A stretch of DNA of 64,000 nucleotides from Vulcanimicrobiota bacterium (GCA_050250895.1 JBFWNU010000005.1:96001-160000); one strand, 5' to 3'; counted from the first letter of the stretch, positions 20,017 to 29,031 are shown. Numbers and translations are program-made. The notes: generated by a model not told the origin, from the sequence alone.

Positions 20017-20961
20017 ATGGCCACTCCTCCCGGTCGTCTCCACCCCCCTGGCTGGGTCGTGGAAGAGACCGAGGTTGAACCTACCGATCGCTTTCACATC
20101 ACCGATACCACCCCACCGGCGCCTCCGCAGGGGCTCAAGCTGGCGGCCGGCGCTCTGATGTTCGTGGCTTGCGCCGTGGGCGCGGCCCACACTCGCAATT
20201 TCAACACCCCCCGCCAGCCCGCTCCGGTCAAGCCGACCGAGCCCTCGCAACCCCCGGCTCCCGACTTCAAGCTCGACCCCGAGGCGGAAGGCTTTTTGAT
20301 GGTCGGCATCCAGCCCGAGCAACCGGTCCAGGTGCCAGCGACTCCCCTGGTGTTGCCTACCGCGCCGCCGATGGTAAGGGCAGAAGAGCCGAAAGGGCCC
20401 GCCGCGCCCGCCGCGCCGGTCGTAGCCACCGAAGCCGCTCCGGTGGTGCTGGCTGAAGAGCCTGCCCCGCCGGTCGCACCGGCGGCCGAGTCGACCCCCC
20501 AGGTCGCCACCGTCACTCTTCCCGAGGAAGTTCCCCTTCCGCGGCCCCGGCCGGCCCACGAGGTCGCGGCCGTCCACTACAGCCGCTACGCCAAGCACCA
20601 GGAGTTGCTGGCCCGGGCCATCGCGGCCGAGTCGCGGGGCGAGTCTTATGACACCCAGGTGGCCGTGGCCCAGACGATTCTCAACCACGCGTCCAAGTAC
20701 GGGCGCGGCCTGCCCGGCCTCATTCGCAGCACGTTCTTGTCTTCGAACTACGACGGCAATCGCGTGTTCTACACGATGCGGACCAGCCGTATCCCCAACT
20801 GGCAGCAATACTACCGGGCCGCCGGCGACGCTCTGGCCGGACGCTCCTCGGTGGGCTTCAATCGCGTCTACTTCCACGACGACAGCATCGGCGCGCCTCG
20901 CTACGTCAACAAAGGCACCGCGCTCAAGCTCGACAACATGATCTTCTACGCGGCCCGCTGA
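20017..20961 (+). CDS. SleB/CwlJ-family (Hydrolase_2) cell wall hydrolase with TM segment and Pro/Ala linker
   Basis: LLARAIAAESRGES...QVAVAQTILN, YFH, C-terminal MIFY. Confidence 0.75.
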   Translation: MATPPGRLHPPGWVVEETEVEPTDRFHITDTTPPAPPQGLKLAAGALMFVACAVGAAHTRNFNTPRQPAPVKPTEPSQPPAPDFKLDPEAEGFLMVGIQPEQPVQVPATPLVLPTAPPMVRAEEPKGPAAPAAPVVATEAAPVVLAEEPAPPVAPAAESTPQVATVTLPEEVPLPRPRPAHEVAAVHYSRYAKHQELLARAIAAESRGESYDTQVAVAQTILNHASKYGRGLPGLIRSTFLSSNYDGNRVFYTMRTSRIPNWQQYYRAAGDALAGRSSVGFNRVYFHDDSIGAPRYVNKGTALKLDNMIFYAAR

Positions 20962-21012
20962 TTGGGTCGTTCGCCCCGCGCGGTTTGGCGGTGGGCTGGC
21001 TAAGCTGGGGGC

Positions 21013-21450
21013 ATGAACGCTTACACGCTACTCGCCCTCTTCTCGGCCTGGCCGGCCCTCTGCGCTGCGCTTGGCGCCTGGGCAGGCTATCGCTGCGCTC
21101 CTCACGACCCGCTACCGGTGGCCTGCCGGCGCAGCGGCTGGGCGGCGACCTTCTCGCTGCTGGCTCTGGCGGCTGGTTTGTTGGTGTGGGCCTACACTTT
21201 GGGTGCCGAGCGCCAGGCCAGCTTCGCAACCGTGCGGATGGCCATGGTCCTGGTGGCGCTGCTGGTCGCCGCGCTTTCGCCTCTGGCCGGGACGGCTGCC
21301 TATCGCGGTGTGGCCTTCGGACACACCCTGACCCACGAGGTCGGCGGCATCCTGGGGGGCGCCCTGGGCGCGGGCCTGGTCTTGCCGCTCGGGTTGGCGG
21401 TGGTTCTCTTCTTGCGCTTGGGGCGGGCGGCGCTTAGGGCGATAGGGTAG
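21013..21450 (+). CDS. hypothetical membrane protein
   Basis: about 4 hydrophobic segments; TAAGCT 6 nt before ATG. Confidence 0.6.
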   Translation: MNAYTLLALFSAWPALCAALGAWAGYRCAPHDPLPVACRRSGWAATFSLLALAAGLLVWAYTLGAERQASFATVRMAMVLVALLVAALSPLAGTAAYRGVAFGHTLTHEVGGILGGALGAGLVLPLGLAVVLFLRLGRAALRAIG

Positions 21451-21456
21451 GCGGCG

Positions 21457-21480
21457 TCACCGCCTCTTCCGCGCGGAAGT
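21457..21480. repeat. palindrome copy A with extended direct-repeat flank
   Basis: TCACCGCCTCTTCCGCGCGGAAGT; core 21466..21479. Confidence 0.9.
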
Positions 21481-21519
21481 CAGTGGGGCGAGGTGTGCAG
21501 GGTCACGATGCAACAAACG

Positions 21520-21798
21520 TCAGGTTGCGCAAAGCGGACACAGAACTCCTTTCGGAACGCCGGTTTCCAGCGGCTCGCCTGGGTCAGCCCCTGGCATCGC
21601 CAGATGGTCCAGCCGTAGCCTATGGTCAGAGAGCAGCTTCGGGTCGACCTCGCGGGACTGGCAGCCCGGCACCAACTGACTGACCAGCACGCAGGCGTCG
21701 TCGGCCCGGAGATAAGTCAGGGCGAACTGCTCCGAGGGACAACGCGTGAACCAGCCGACCACAGCCAGGGCAACGAGCAGGGCGACCAGGTTTCGCAC
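21520..21798 (-). CDS. small hypothetical protein with N-terminal hydrophobic segment
   Basis: MRNLVALLVALAVVGWF; GAGGT before GTG; lies between repeat copies A and B. Confidence 0.4.
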   Translation of the reverse strand: MRNLVALLVALAVVGWFTRCPSEQFALTYLRADDACVLVSQLVPGCQSREVDPKLLSDHRLRLDHLAMPGADPGEPLETGVPKGVLCPLCAT

Positions 21799-21823
21799 AC
21801 CTCACCATTTCGCGCCGCCTCGA

Positions 21824-21856
21824 TCACCCGCCTCCTCCGCGCGGAAGTGAGAATTT
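21824..21856. repeat. palindrome copy B (1 mismatch) with extended flanks
   Basis: TCACCCGCCTCCTCCGCGCGGAAGTGAGAATTT; core 21834..21847. Confidence 0.85.
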
Positions 21857-21869
21857 ACAAGGGTTTCGC

Positions 21870-21899
21870 TTGTTGTTTGGGCTTGAAAAATGCTAAAAT
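21870..21899 (+). promoter_or_regulatory. putative sigma70 promoter of the HNH gene
   Basis: TTGTTG then extended -10 TGCTAAAAT in an AT-rich patch; GGAGG RBS at 21926. Confidence 0.5.
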
Positions 21900-21934
21900 C
21901 ATAGCAATCCCCGAACCCACTCCCTGGAGGTCCT

Positions 21935-23020
21935 ATGTCTCTTTCTGCCCTGGTTGCTACCTTGCGCCAACTCACTCCTGACCAGCTTCATCAGCGCAAT
22001 CAAGACGCTCGGCTTGAACTGGCCCGTAGCGAATGGCGGATGGCCGTCCATTTGCTGGCCACCGAGCGAGCCGGTCTGCACCGTAGGATGGGCTATGGCG
22101 ACGTCATCGCCTACGCCGAGAAGCTGCTCGACCTGCCGCGTTATAAAGCCTGCGAGTTGCTGAGAGTGGCCCGCTCGTTCGACCGCATGCCAGACATCTC
22201 CGAGGCCTTCCGCACGGGCGAGATTGGATGGACCAAGGTCCGGGAGATCACGCGGGTGGCTACTCCCAAGACCGAGGGCGTCTGGCTCGAGCGGGCCCGA
22301 ACGCACGACGCCAATACCGTCGCTCGGATGGTGGCCGTCTCGCCTGCCGAGTACAAGCGGGGCAAGGCCCTGACCGCCGAAACCCAGCCCGAAGTGACCC
22401 CTCAGCTCATCCACCTGCATCTGCGCCTGACCCCCGAGCAATACGCCGTGCTCGAACAGGCCGTCAGCCTGGCCCGAGCTCGGGCCGGCAAGCGCTTGAG
22501 CCGAGAGGCAGCCGTGGCCGCTCTGGCCAAGACTGCCCTGTCGTCGGCTGACAGTCGCAGCAAAGTGCGCCACCAGGTCATCATCGAGGTCGATCCCGAA
22601 AGCGGTCGCGGGTTCTATGATACCGAGCGCGGGCCGCTGCCGGCTTCACCCCGGGTGGTCGAGGAAGCCCTGGCTGCAGGCCCCATCGTGATCGAGGCCG
22701 CTGCGCCGGCCGAGGGGGCGAGGCCGACCGAGCCCCAGGCACGCAGGGCTCCGCCCATGGGAGAATTGCGTTCTGTCTTCGCTCGAGCCCGCGGGCGATG
22801 CGAGCACTGCGGCTGTAAGGGGGGATCGCTGCATGTCCACCATTGCCTGCCCCGTTCGCGGGGAGGGCGCGACCTGGGGCCAGAATTGAGGTTGCTATGC
22901 CCCGCCTGCCACGGGGTCGCCCACGAGACCGATTTTGCCGAGGACCCTGGTTGGCGGGCGGCTAGAGAAGCCGCCACTTCCGCGCGGAAGCGCGCTAAGT
23001 CTGACGCAGTTGGTGGCTGA
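21935..23020 (+). CDS. DUF222-like HNH endonuclease family protein
   Basis: LHRRMGY...YAE, GEIGWTKVREITRVATP.TE..WL N-domain; C-terminal CEHCG...HVHH..PRSRGG...LLCPACH...H. Confidence 0.8.
   Translation: MSLSALVATLRQLTPDQLHQRNQDARLELARSEWRMAVHLLATERAGLHRRMGYGDVIAYAEKLLDLPRYKACELLRVARSFDRMPDISEAFRTGEIGWTKVREITRVATPKTEGVWLERARTHDANTVARMVAVSPAEYKRGKALTAETQPEVTPQLIHLHLRLTPEQYAVLEQAVSLARARAGKRLSREAAVAALAKTALSSADSRSKVRHQVIIEVDPESGRGFYDTERGPLPASPRVVEEALAAGPIVIEAAAPAEGARPTEPQARRAPPMGELRSVFARARGRCEHCGCKGGSLHVHHCLPRSRGGRDLGPELRLLCPACHGVAHETDFAEDPGWRAAREAATSARKRAKSDAVGG
22977..22990. repeat. palindrome copy C inside the 3' end of the HNH gene
   Basis: CTTCCGCGCGGAAG exact. Confidence 0.9.
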
Positions 23021-23330
23021 GGGTCCGGAGTTGGAGGGCGGCCGAGGTCAGGTTGGCGCCTTCGATGTCGAGAGCCAGCGCTCTGGCGGTGGCGCAAACC
23101 TGCTCGTGGTCGGCTACGCTGTTGATGGCCTGGCGTAGGCAGCCGGCGGCGCCGGCCAGGTCGCGGGCCGCCAGGGCCTCGACCCCCTGACGTAGAGCCG
23201 TCCAGGGCTCGCCCGTGGGAGCGAGTTCAAGGGCTTTGGTTAGAGAGCCGGCGGCGCCGGCCGTGTCGAAATAGCCGAGCGCTTCGGCGGCGGCCTCGAG
23301 CCAATGAAATGGGCCAGTTGCCTGCTGCAT
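22995..23330 (-). CDS. small helical hypothetical protein
   Basis: 111-aa Ala/Leu-rich ORF; TATAAT and purine-rich RBS upstream. Confidence 0.5.
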   Translation of the reverse strand: MQQATGPFHWLEAAAEALGYFDTAGAAGSLTKALELAPTGEPWTALRQGVEALAARDLAGAAGCLRQAINSVADHEQVCATARALALDIEGANLTSAALQLRTLSHQLRQT

Positions 23331-23389
23331 GACCCCCCCCTTCTATGTGTGCCGATTATAGAGCAAAGCCGGCCGGCCGGCAATATCCG

Positions 23390-23831
23390 CTAGAGGCGCT
23401 CGAAGCGGACCTGGTCACCAGACCAGACGGCATAGCTGCCCTGGTCGAGGCTGCCGACGTCTACGATGTAGCGATGCTGGGGCTGGCAGGCCAGGCTGGG
23501 GGCGCTGAACCAGCGGGGTAGGTCCGAGGTCAGTTCCCACCAGCCGGGGCGGTGCATGTGGCCGACGAAAGCCAGGCGAAAGTCGGCTAAGGTGAACATC
23601 TCCAGGGCGTCGGCCGGTGAGCCGGGCCCAGTCGGGCAACTCCGAGCTGGCCACTTCGTGATTGCCTTTCAGGCAGGCCACTCCGGCCGAACGAAGCAGC
23701 TCGAGGCAGGCCTGGTCGTGGGCCCCTCCCACTGCGTCGCCGAGAAAGACCAGCCGCCCGGGTCGCTCCAGCAGCTTCTGCAGGGCGGCCAGGTTGCCGT
23801 GCAGATCCGAGAAAACTAGCGTCGTGTCCAA
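23390..23831 (-). pseudogene. frameshifted, internally deleted YfcE-like metallophosphoesterase
   Basis: SDLHGN, LGD and GNHE in one frame; FVGHMH...DVGS in another frame (23390..23599); middle HG motif missing. Confidence 0.7.
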
Positions 23832-23882
23832 TTTGACCGGGTTCGACAGGGCAGGGTCTGGCCCTGGTGGAACGGGCCCGGG

Positions 23883-25565
23883 ATGCTGGGCCTGTTGAAG
23901 CCATACCGCGGCCTGGTTGGTCTGTTGTTGGCCTTGAGTGTGCTGAGCAACGCCACCGGGTTGCTGCTGCCGCGTCTGATCGGCACAGGCATCAACCGTT
24001 ACGAGGCCACCGGGGCTCTGCCTCCGGCCGTGTTCGAGCAGTTTCTGGTGGCGGTGGTGGCTATTGCTATCCTGGCCACGGCCCAGACGGTGGTCGAGGT
24101 GCTGACCTCGGAGCGGGTGGCTCGTGACCTGCGCCAACGCCTGGCCGATCGGCTCTCGCGCCAGAGCTACACCTTCGTGGTCGAGCGCGATCCGGCTCAG
24201 CTATTGACCAATCTCACCTCCGACATCGACTCCATCAAGTTTTTCGTGTCTCAGGCTATTTCGGGCATCCTCAGCTCGGGGGTCATTCTGGTGGGAGCCA
24301 GCCTTCTGCTCTTGAGCCTCGAGTGGCGGCTGGGGCTCGTCATCATCGCCATCATCCCGCTGATCGGCATCGTCTTCGGCTGGATTTTCTCCAAGGTGCG
24401 CCAGCTCTTTCGCGAGGGGCGCGAGGTGGTGGACCGTCTCAACCGGGTCATCGGTCAGAGCATCATCGGCGCCGGCCTGATTCGGGTGCTCGCTGCCACC
24501 GGGGCCGAGAAGGAGAAATTCGCCGAGGTCAATCGTCAGGCCCGAGACCTCGGGTTGTCGGTCTTGCGCCACTTCGCCTCGATGATTCCAGTGGTGGTGT
24601 TCTTGTCCAACCTCGGCACCTTCGCCATCTTGACCCTGGGCGGGCGGTTCGTGGTGGCTGACGAGATGAGCCTGGGAACGATCGCTGCCTTCACGACCTA
24701 TCTGGGTCTTTTGATCTTTCCCGTCATCATGTTGGGCTTCATGGGCAACTTGATTGCCCAGGCCCAGGCCAGCTATGGACGCGTGGTCGAGGTGCTCGAG
24801 GCGGCTGACCCCGAGCCCACCGGTACCATCACCGCCGGTCTCAAGGGCCTGACCGAAGTCAAGGCCGTGCACCTGAGCTATGGCGAGAAAGAGGTGCTCA
24901 AGGGAGTCAGCCTCAAGCTCGAGCCGGGCACCCGCAACGCGGTGGTGGGGCCGACCGCCGCCGGCAAGAGCCAGCTGGTCAATCTGCTCAGCGGGTTGCT
25001 CGAGCCGAGTCAAGGCCAGGTCGTCTACGACGGCCAATATGCTCCCCGGCAGTTGCGCCATCAGGTCTCGGTCGTGTTCCAAGAGTCATCCTTGTTTGCC
25101 GCCAGTTTGCGCGAGAACATCTGCTTTTATCCCAACACGACTGCCGAGAGCTACGAGCTGGCAGTGCGCACCGCCGAGCTTCACGACTTTCTCGAGGGTC
25201 TGCCTCAGGGCGACGCCACCCCGGTGTCCGAGCGAGGAAGCTCCTTGTCGGGAGGGCAGAAGCAGCGGGTGATGCTGGCCCGAGCCCTGGCCAAGGCGCC
25301 GGATGTCTTGCTGCTCGACGATTTCACGGCTCGCCTGGATCCCACCACCGAGGCCAGCGTGCTGGCCAACCTGAGGCGAAACTATCCGGGTCTGACCCTG
25401 CTGACGGTGACCCAGCGCATCGCCCCCATTGTGGACTATGACCAGATCTTTCTCATGATGGAGGGCGAGATTCTGGCCCGCGGCACCCACCAGCAGTTGC
25501 TCGCGACCTCGCCCGAGTATTTGCAAATCTACGAATCGCAGAAGAGCACCCATGCGCTTGAATGA
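23883..25565 (+). CDS. ABC exporter permease/ATPase, subunit with degenerate catalytic residues
   Basis: TM domain plus GPTAAGKS, LSGGQKQ, LLLDD (no Glu), VTQR (no His). Confidence 0.9.
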   Translation: MLGLLKPYRGLVGLLLALSVLSNATGLLLPRLIGTGINRYEATGALPPAVFEQFLVAVVAIAILATAQTVVEVLTSERVARDLRQRLADRLSRQSYTFVVERDPAQLLTNLTSDIDSIKFFVSQAISGILSSGVILVGASLLLLSLEWRLGLVIIAIIPLIGIVFGWIFSKVRQLFREGREVVDRLNRVIGQSIIGAGLIRVLAATGAEKEKFAEVNRQARDLGLSVLRHFASMIPVVVFLSNLGTFAILTLGGRFVVADEMSLGTIAAFTTYLGLLIFPVIMLGFMGNLIAQAQASYGRVVEVLEAADPEPTGTITAGLKGLTEVKAVHLSYGEKEVLKGVSLKLEPGTRNAVVGPTAAGKSQLVNLLSGLLEPSQGQVVYDGQYAPRQLRHQVSVVFQESSLFAASLRENICFYPNTTAESYELAVRTAELHDFLEGLPQGDATPVSERGSSLSGGQKQRVMLARALAKAPDVLLLDDFTARLDPTTEASVLANLRRNYPGLTLLTVTQRIAPIVDYDQIFLMMEGEILARGTHQQLLATSPEYLQIYESQKSTHALE

Positions 25566-27174
25566 GCAACTGGCGCCCGAGCGCCGCGTCTTGATGCTGG
25601 CCAGCCTGGCCGTGCTGTTGACCTCGGCGCTCAACCTGGGAGCCCCGGCCGTGTTGGGCTACGCCATCGACCACCCATTGGCGGCGGGCGACCTCAAGGG
25701 GGTGATGCGCTACGGGTTGCTGCTGTTGGCCATGGCCGTGGTGGCGATGGCCACCCAATACCTGCAGACGCTGTGGATGGGCGGAGTCGGCCAGCGTCTG
25801 GTCTATCGCTTGCGGGGACAGTTGTTCGAGAAGCTGCAGGACCTGCCGCTGGCCTTCTTTCAGCGTCATCAGACCGGCGATCTGATCTCGCGTCTGGCCA
25901 ACGACACCGATAAGCTGGCCAGTTTCTTCTCGCAGTCCTTGACGCGCTTTGTGGGCAGCCTGGTGACGATGTTGGGTTCGGCCGTCTGCTTGCTGGTCCT
26001 TAACCCGCGTCTGGGAGCGGCCGCCCTGTTGCCAGGGCTCATCATGGTGGCCGTGACTCGGGCCTCGAGCACCCTGGTGCGGCGCCTCAACAAGGCCAGC
26101 CTCGAGGGGGTCGGAGCGCTCAGCGCCGAGGTGCAAGAAAGCCTCGAGAACTTTAAGGTGATCGTGGCCTTTGACCGGCGCGACTTCTTTCGCCAGCAAT
26201 TCGGGCTGGCCAACCAGGCTAACTATGCTCGGGCCGTGAAAGCCGGCCTGGTCAACGGCTCGCTATCGCCGTTCTACGGGCTATGTTCCCACGCCGGCCA
26301 ACTGATTGCGCTGGCCTACGGGTTGTGGATGGTGGCCAACGGTCAGTTTACGGTGGGCTTTCTCATCAGCTATTTCGTCTATCTGCAGCGTTTTTACGAC
26401 CCGATGCGTCAGTTGGCCAATCTGTGGTCGACCTTTCAGGGCGCCATGTCGGGCTTTGACCGTATCGCCGAGATTCTAGCCGTCAAAGACCACCTGCCGG
26501 TGCTAGCGGCCGGGCCGGTGGAAGAGGGGGCACCGCGCCTCGAGTTTCGCGATGTTTCCTTCGGTTACGAAAAGGATCGCTGCATCCTGCATGATGTCAG
26601 CTTTGCCCTCGAGAAGGGCAAGACCTATGCGTTCGTCGGGCCGACCGGAGGCGGCAAGACCACTACCGCCAGCCTCATGGCCCGCCTCTTTGACCCCGAC
26701 CAGGGAACGGTGCGCCTGGACGGGCGCGACCTGCGCAGCTATGAAGCCGCCGAACGAGCTGCCAAGATCGGTTTTATCTTGCAAGAACCGTTTCTTTTCG
26801 ACGGCACCGTGGGGGACAACGTCAGTTCGCTGGAGGGGCTCGAGGGGATGTTCGAACAGGGTCTGGCCACTCCGGTGGAGGGGCTCAGCCTGGGTCAGCG
26901 TCAGGTGGTGGCCTTTTTGCGGGCCATGCTGAGAAAGCCCGATCTCTTGATTCTCGACGAGGCCACCGCCAATATCGATACTGTGACCGAGAGGGTGCTC
27001 ACGGCGCTGCTCGAGCGCCTGCCCGCCGAAACAACCCGGGTGGTCATCGCCCATCGCTTGAACACGATCGAGCAGGCCGACGCCATCTTCTTTGTCAACG
27101 CCGGCTGGGTGCGGCTGGCCGGTTCGCTGGGCCAGGCCGTGGCCATGCTGCGCGAGGAGCGCCGCCAGAGTTAG
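25552..27174 (+). CDS. ABC exporter permease/ATPase, partner subunit
   Basis: GPTGGGKT, LSLGQRQ, ILDEAT, IAHRL; overlaps the previous gene. Confidence 0.9.
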   Translation: MRLNEQLAPERRVLMLASLAVLLTSALNLGAPAVLGYAIDHPLAAGDLKGVMRYGLLLLAMAVVAMATQYLQTLWMGGVGQRLVYRLRGQLFEKLQDLPLAFFQRHQTGDLISRLANDTDKLASFFSQSLTRFVGSLVTMLGSAVCLLVLNPRLGAAALLPGLIMVAVTRASSTLVRRLNKASLEGVGALSAEVQESLENFKVIVAFDRRDFFRQQFGLANQANYARAVKAGLVNGSLSPFYGLCSHAGQLIALAYGLWMVANGQFTVGFLISYFVYLQRFYDPMRQLANLWSTFQGAMSGFDRIAEILAVKDHLPVLAAGPVEEGAPRLEFRDVSFGYEKDRCILHDVSFALEKGKTYAFVGPTGGGKTTTASLMARLFDPDQGTVRLDGRDLRSYEAAERAAKIGFILQEPFLFDGTVGDNVSSLEGLEGMFEQGLATPVEGLSLGQRQVVAFLRAMLRKPDLLILDEATANIDTVTERVLTALLERLPAETTRVVIAHRLNTIEQADAIFFVNAGWVRLAGSLGQAVAMLREERRQS

Positions 27175-27722
27175 ACCAACAAGTAGCCGAGGCGGATGCC
27201 GGCCGTGACGGCTTCGGTGCGGCTGCTCACGGCCAGCTTGGAAAAAACCGAGCTCAGGTGGAACTTGACGGTGTTCTCGGAGATTCCGAGCAGTTCGGCC
27301 AGTTGCTTGTTGGGCAGACCTTCGGCCAGCAGTTCGAGCACCTCGATCTCGCGAGCGGTGAGGGCGTCAGGGCCGTCCGGCCGGGCCTGGCCAAAGCGGT
27401 CGCTGACCCACAGCCCGGCCCGCACCGCTCTTAGCGCGGCCAAGACGGCTGTGTCGTCGGCCTGGCGGGCCAGCAGGCCACGTCCGGGACCGGGTTCCAG
27501 GGCCAGGTCCCGGCGGTCGCTCAAGAGCAGAAAGGGAAGAACCAGGCTCGGGATGGGATCGCCCGAGACCAGCTCGCCCAGCAGCAACTCGGCTCCCTCC
27601 GGGGCCGGGGCCGACCAGTCGCAAGAACCTGCCGCCACGAAGTCGTCGGTCGAGGCCAGCAATCCCGCCAACCCGCGCCGGGTGGCGTTAGACCCGGCCA
27701 CCACCAGCACCGGAGTCAGCAA
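27171..27722 (-). CDS. LuxR/NarL-type HTH regulator with degenerate receiver
   Basis: LTAREIEVLELLAEGLPNKQLA..LGISENTVKFH; start inferred at the TTG overlapping the upstream stop. Confidence 0.85.
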   Translation of the reverse strand: MLTPVLVVAGSNATRRGLAGLLASTDDFVAAGSCDWSAPAPEGAELLLGELVSGDPIPSLVLPFLLLSDRRDLALEPGPGRGLLARQADDTAVLAALRAVRAGLWVSDRFGQARPDGPDALTAREIEVLELLAEGLPNKQLAELLGISENTVKFHLSSVFSKLAVSSRTEAVTAGIRLGYLLV

Positions 27723-28666
27723 ACCGGTGGACCGCCTCGACCGGGCGGCGGACCGGGCGGCCCGAAGTGGCGCAGTATTTTGTGAATGAAGTGCCGACGA
27801 CGGTGGTGATGGTGCTGATGGCCGCGGTGATGATGCGGCCCCGGATGGTGAGGTGGCCCATGGCGGACGGGCCGCTCGCCCAGAGTGGCGGTCACTTCCA
27901 GGGGTTGGCCGGCGCGCACCAGGGCTAGTCTGACCTCGCGCCCGGGAGAGAGCGAGCGTAGCTGGTGCATCACTTCTTCGGGACCGTTGACGGCCTGATG
28001 GTCGAGGCGCAGCAGGGTGTCGCCCAGCATGGCGCCAGCTTGCTGGGCGGGGCTGTCGGGCTCGATTTTGACGACCAGGCACCCCTCGTGGTCGAGGGGC
28101 ATCAGACCCAGGCCCAAGAATCCGGGCTCGAGATTGCCGCCCGATTCGAGTTGCTCGACCAGCGTGGCCAGGCGAGAGTAGGGCAGGGTCTGGGGCGGAT
28201 GACCGCCATGCAGGCCCAGCAACCGGCCCTGATGATCGACCAGAGTCGCGCCAGCCAACTCGGGGCGGGGCGGGTGGCGATGGCTGGCCAGCGTCTGCAT
28301 CAGCGAGATGGCCGAAATCAGGCCTCCCTGATGGTCGCGACCGAGGCTGACTACCAATCCCGGGCCGGGTTCACGGTTCCAGGGCGGCGGGTCGAAGGCG
28401 ACCGGCTGGTCCAGGCGCAACAAGGCCAGATCCCAACCGGGTGAGCGACCTACTACGCTCGCTTTCATAGCCGAACCGTCATGAAAATAGACGTCCGCCT
28501 GGTCATGCTCGAGGCGGTGTTCGATGGTGAGCACGGATTGCTCTGACCAGAGCAAGCCACTCGACCCCGGCCCGCGGCCGCTGTCGACGGCCACCACGAG
28601 CGGGGCCACGCTGACCACCATTTGGGTCAGTTCTTGTGAGAGTGCTTCAAGATGGGGGTATTTCAT
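27716..28666 (-). CDS. HtrA/S1C-like trypsin-PDZ protein, probably catalytically inactive, His-rich tail
   Basis: VLTIEH, DLALL, PDZ GFLGL...SPAQQAG...GD; GNSGG replaced by ELAGA. Confidence 0.75.
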   Translation of the reverse strand: MKYPHLEALSQELTQMVVSVAPLVVAVDSGRGPGSSGLLWSEQSVLTIEHRLEHDQADVYFHDGSAMKASVVGRSPGWDLALLRLDQPVAFDPPPWNREPGPGLVVSLGRDHQGGLISAISLMQTLASHRHPPRPELAGATLVDHQGRLLGLHGGHPPQTLPYSRLATLVEQLESGGNLEPGFLGLGLMPLDHEGCLVVKIEPDSPAQQAGAMLGDTLLRLDHQAVNGPEEVMHQLRSLSPGREVRLALVRAGQPLEVTATLGERPVRHGPPHHPGPHHHRGHQHHHHRRRHFIHKILRHFGPPGPPPGRGGPPVC

Positions 28667-28725
28667 AGTCTCATCATAGAGCCCATCGGCCCGTCGCGGA
28701 TCAGCCGGATGGGTGGGGCTGCGAC

Positions 28726-29031
28726 CTACCCGTCCGGGTGGGAGAGAAACTCGAGCACCTTCTCGGGCGGGCGCGCGATGATGGCCTGGCCCCCACGCAC
28801 GACCACGGGTCGTTGCATGTCCTCGGGGTGCGCGAGCAGCCAGTCGACCAGATCGGTGTCGGGTTTCGAGCGAGCCAACTGGTCGCCTAGTTGGTTGACC
28901 AGTTGCCGTAGCTGTTCACGGGTGAGGGGCGACTTGAGGTATTCGACCACCTCGTAATCGACGTGATTTGACTCGAGCAAAGCCAGCAACTGGCGACATT
29001 TAGAGCAACGCGGGTTGTGATAGACGAGCAT
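28726..29031 (-). CDS. arsC: ArsC/Spx family arsenate reductase
   Basis: YHNPRCSKCR, EYLK, MQRPVV, IARPPE. Confidence 0.8.
   Translation of the reverse strand: MLVYHNPRCSKCRQLLALLESNHVDYEVVEYLKSPLTREQLRQLVNQLGDQLARSKPDTDLVDWLLAHPEDMQRPVVVRGGQAIIARPPEKVLEFLSHPDG

Noticed and set aside
17436-22990. Palindromic repeats as a CRISPR array
   Set aside because: Only four copies, with irregular gene-sized spacing (0.37-4 kb) and no cas genes.
21935-23020. HNH gene as IscB/Cas9-like RNA-guided nuclease
   Set aside because: No RuvC motifs or PLMP N-terminus, and no evident adjacent ncRNA of suitable size.
23883-27174. Degenerate ATPase motifs in the ABC pair as pseudogenisation
   Set aside because: One degenerate and one consensus site is normal for heterodimeric exporters such as TM287/288.
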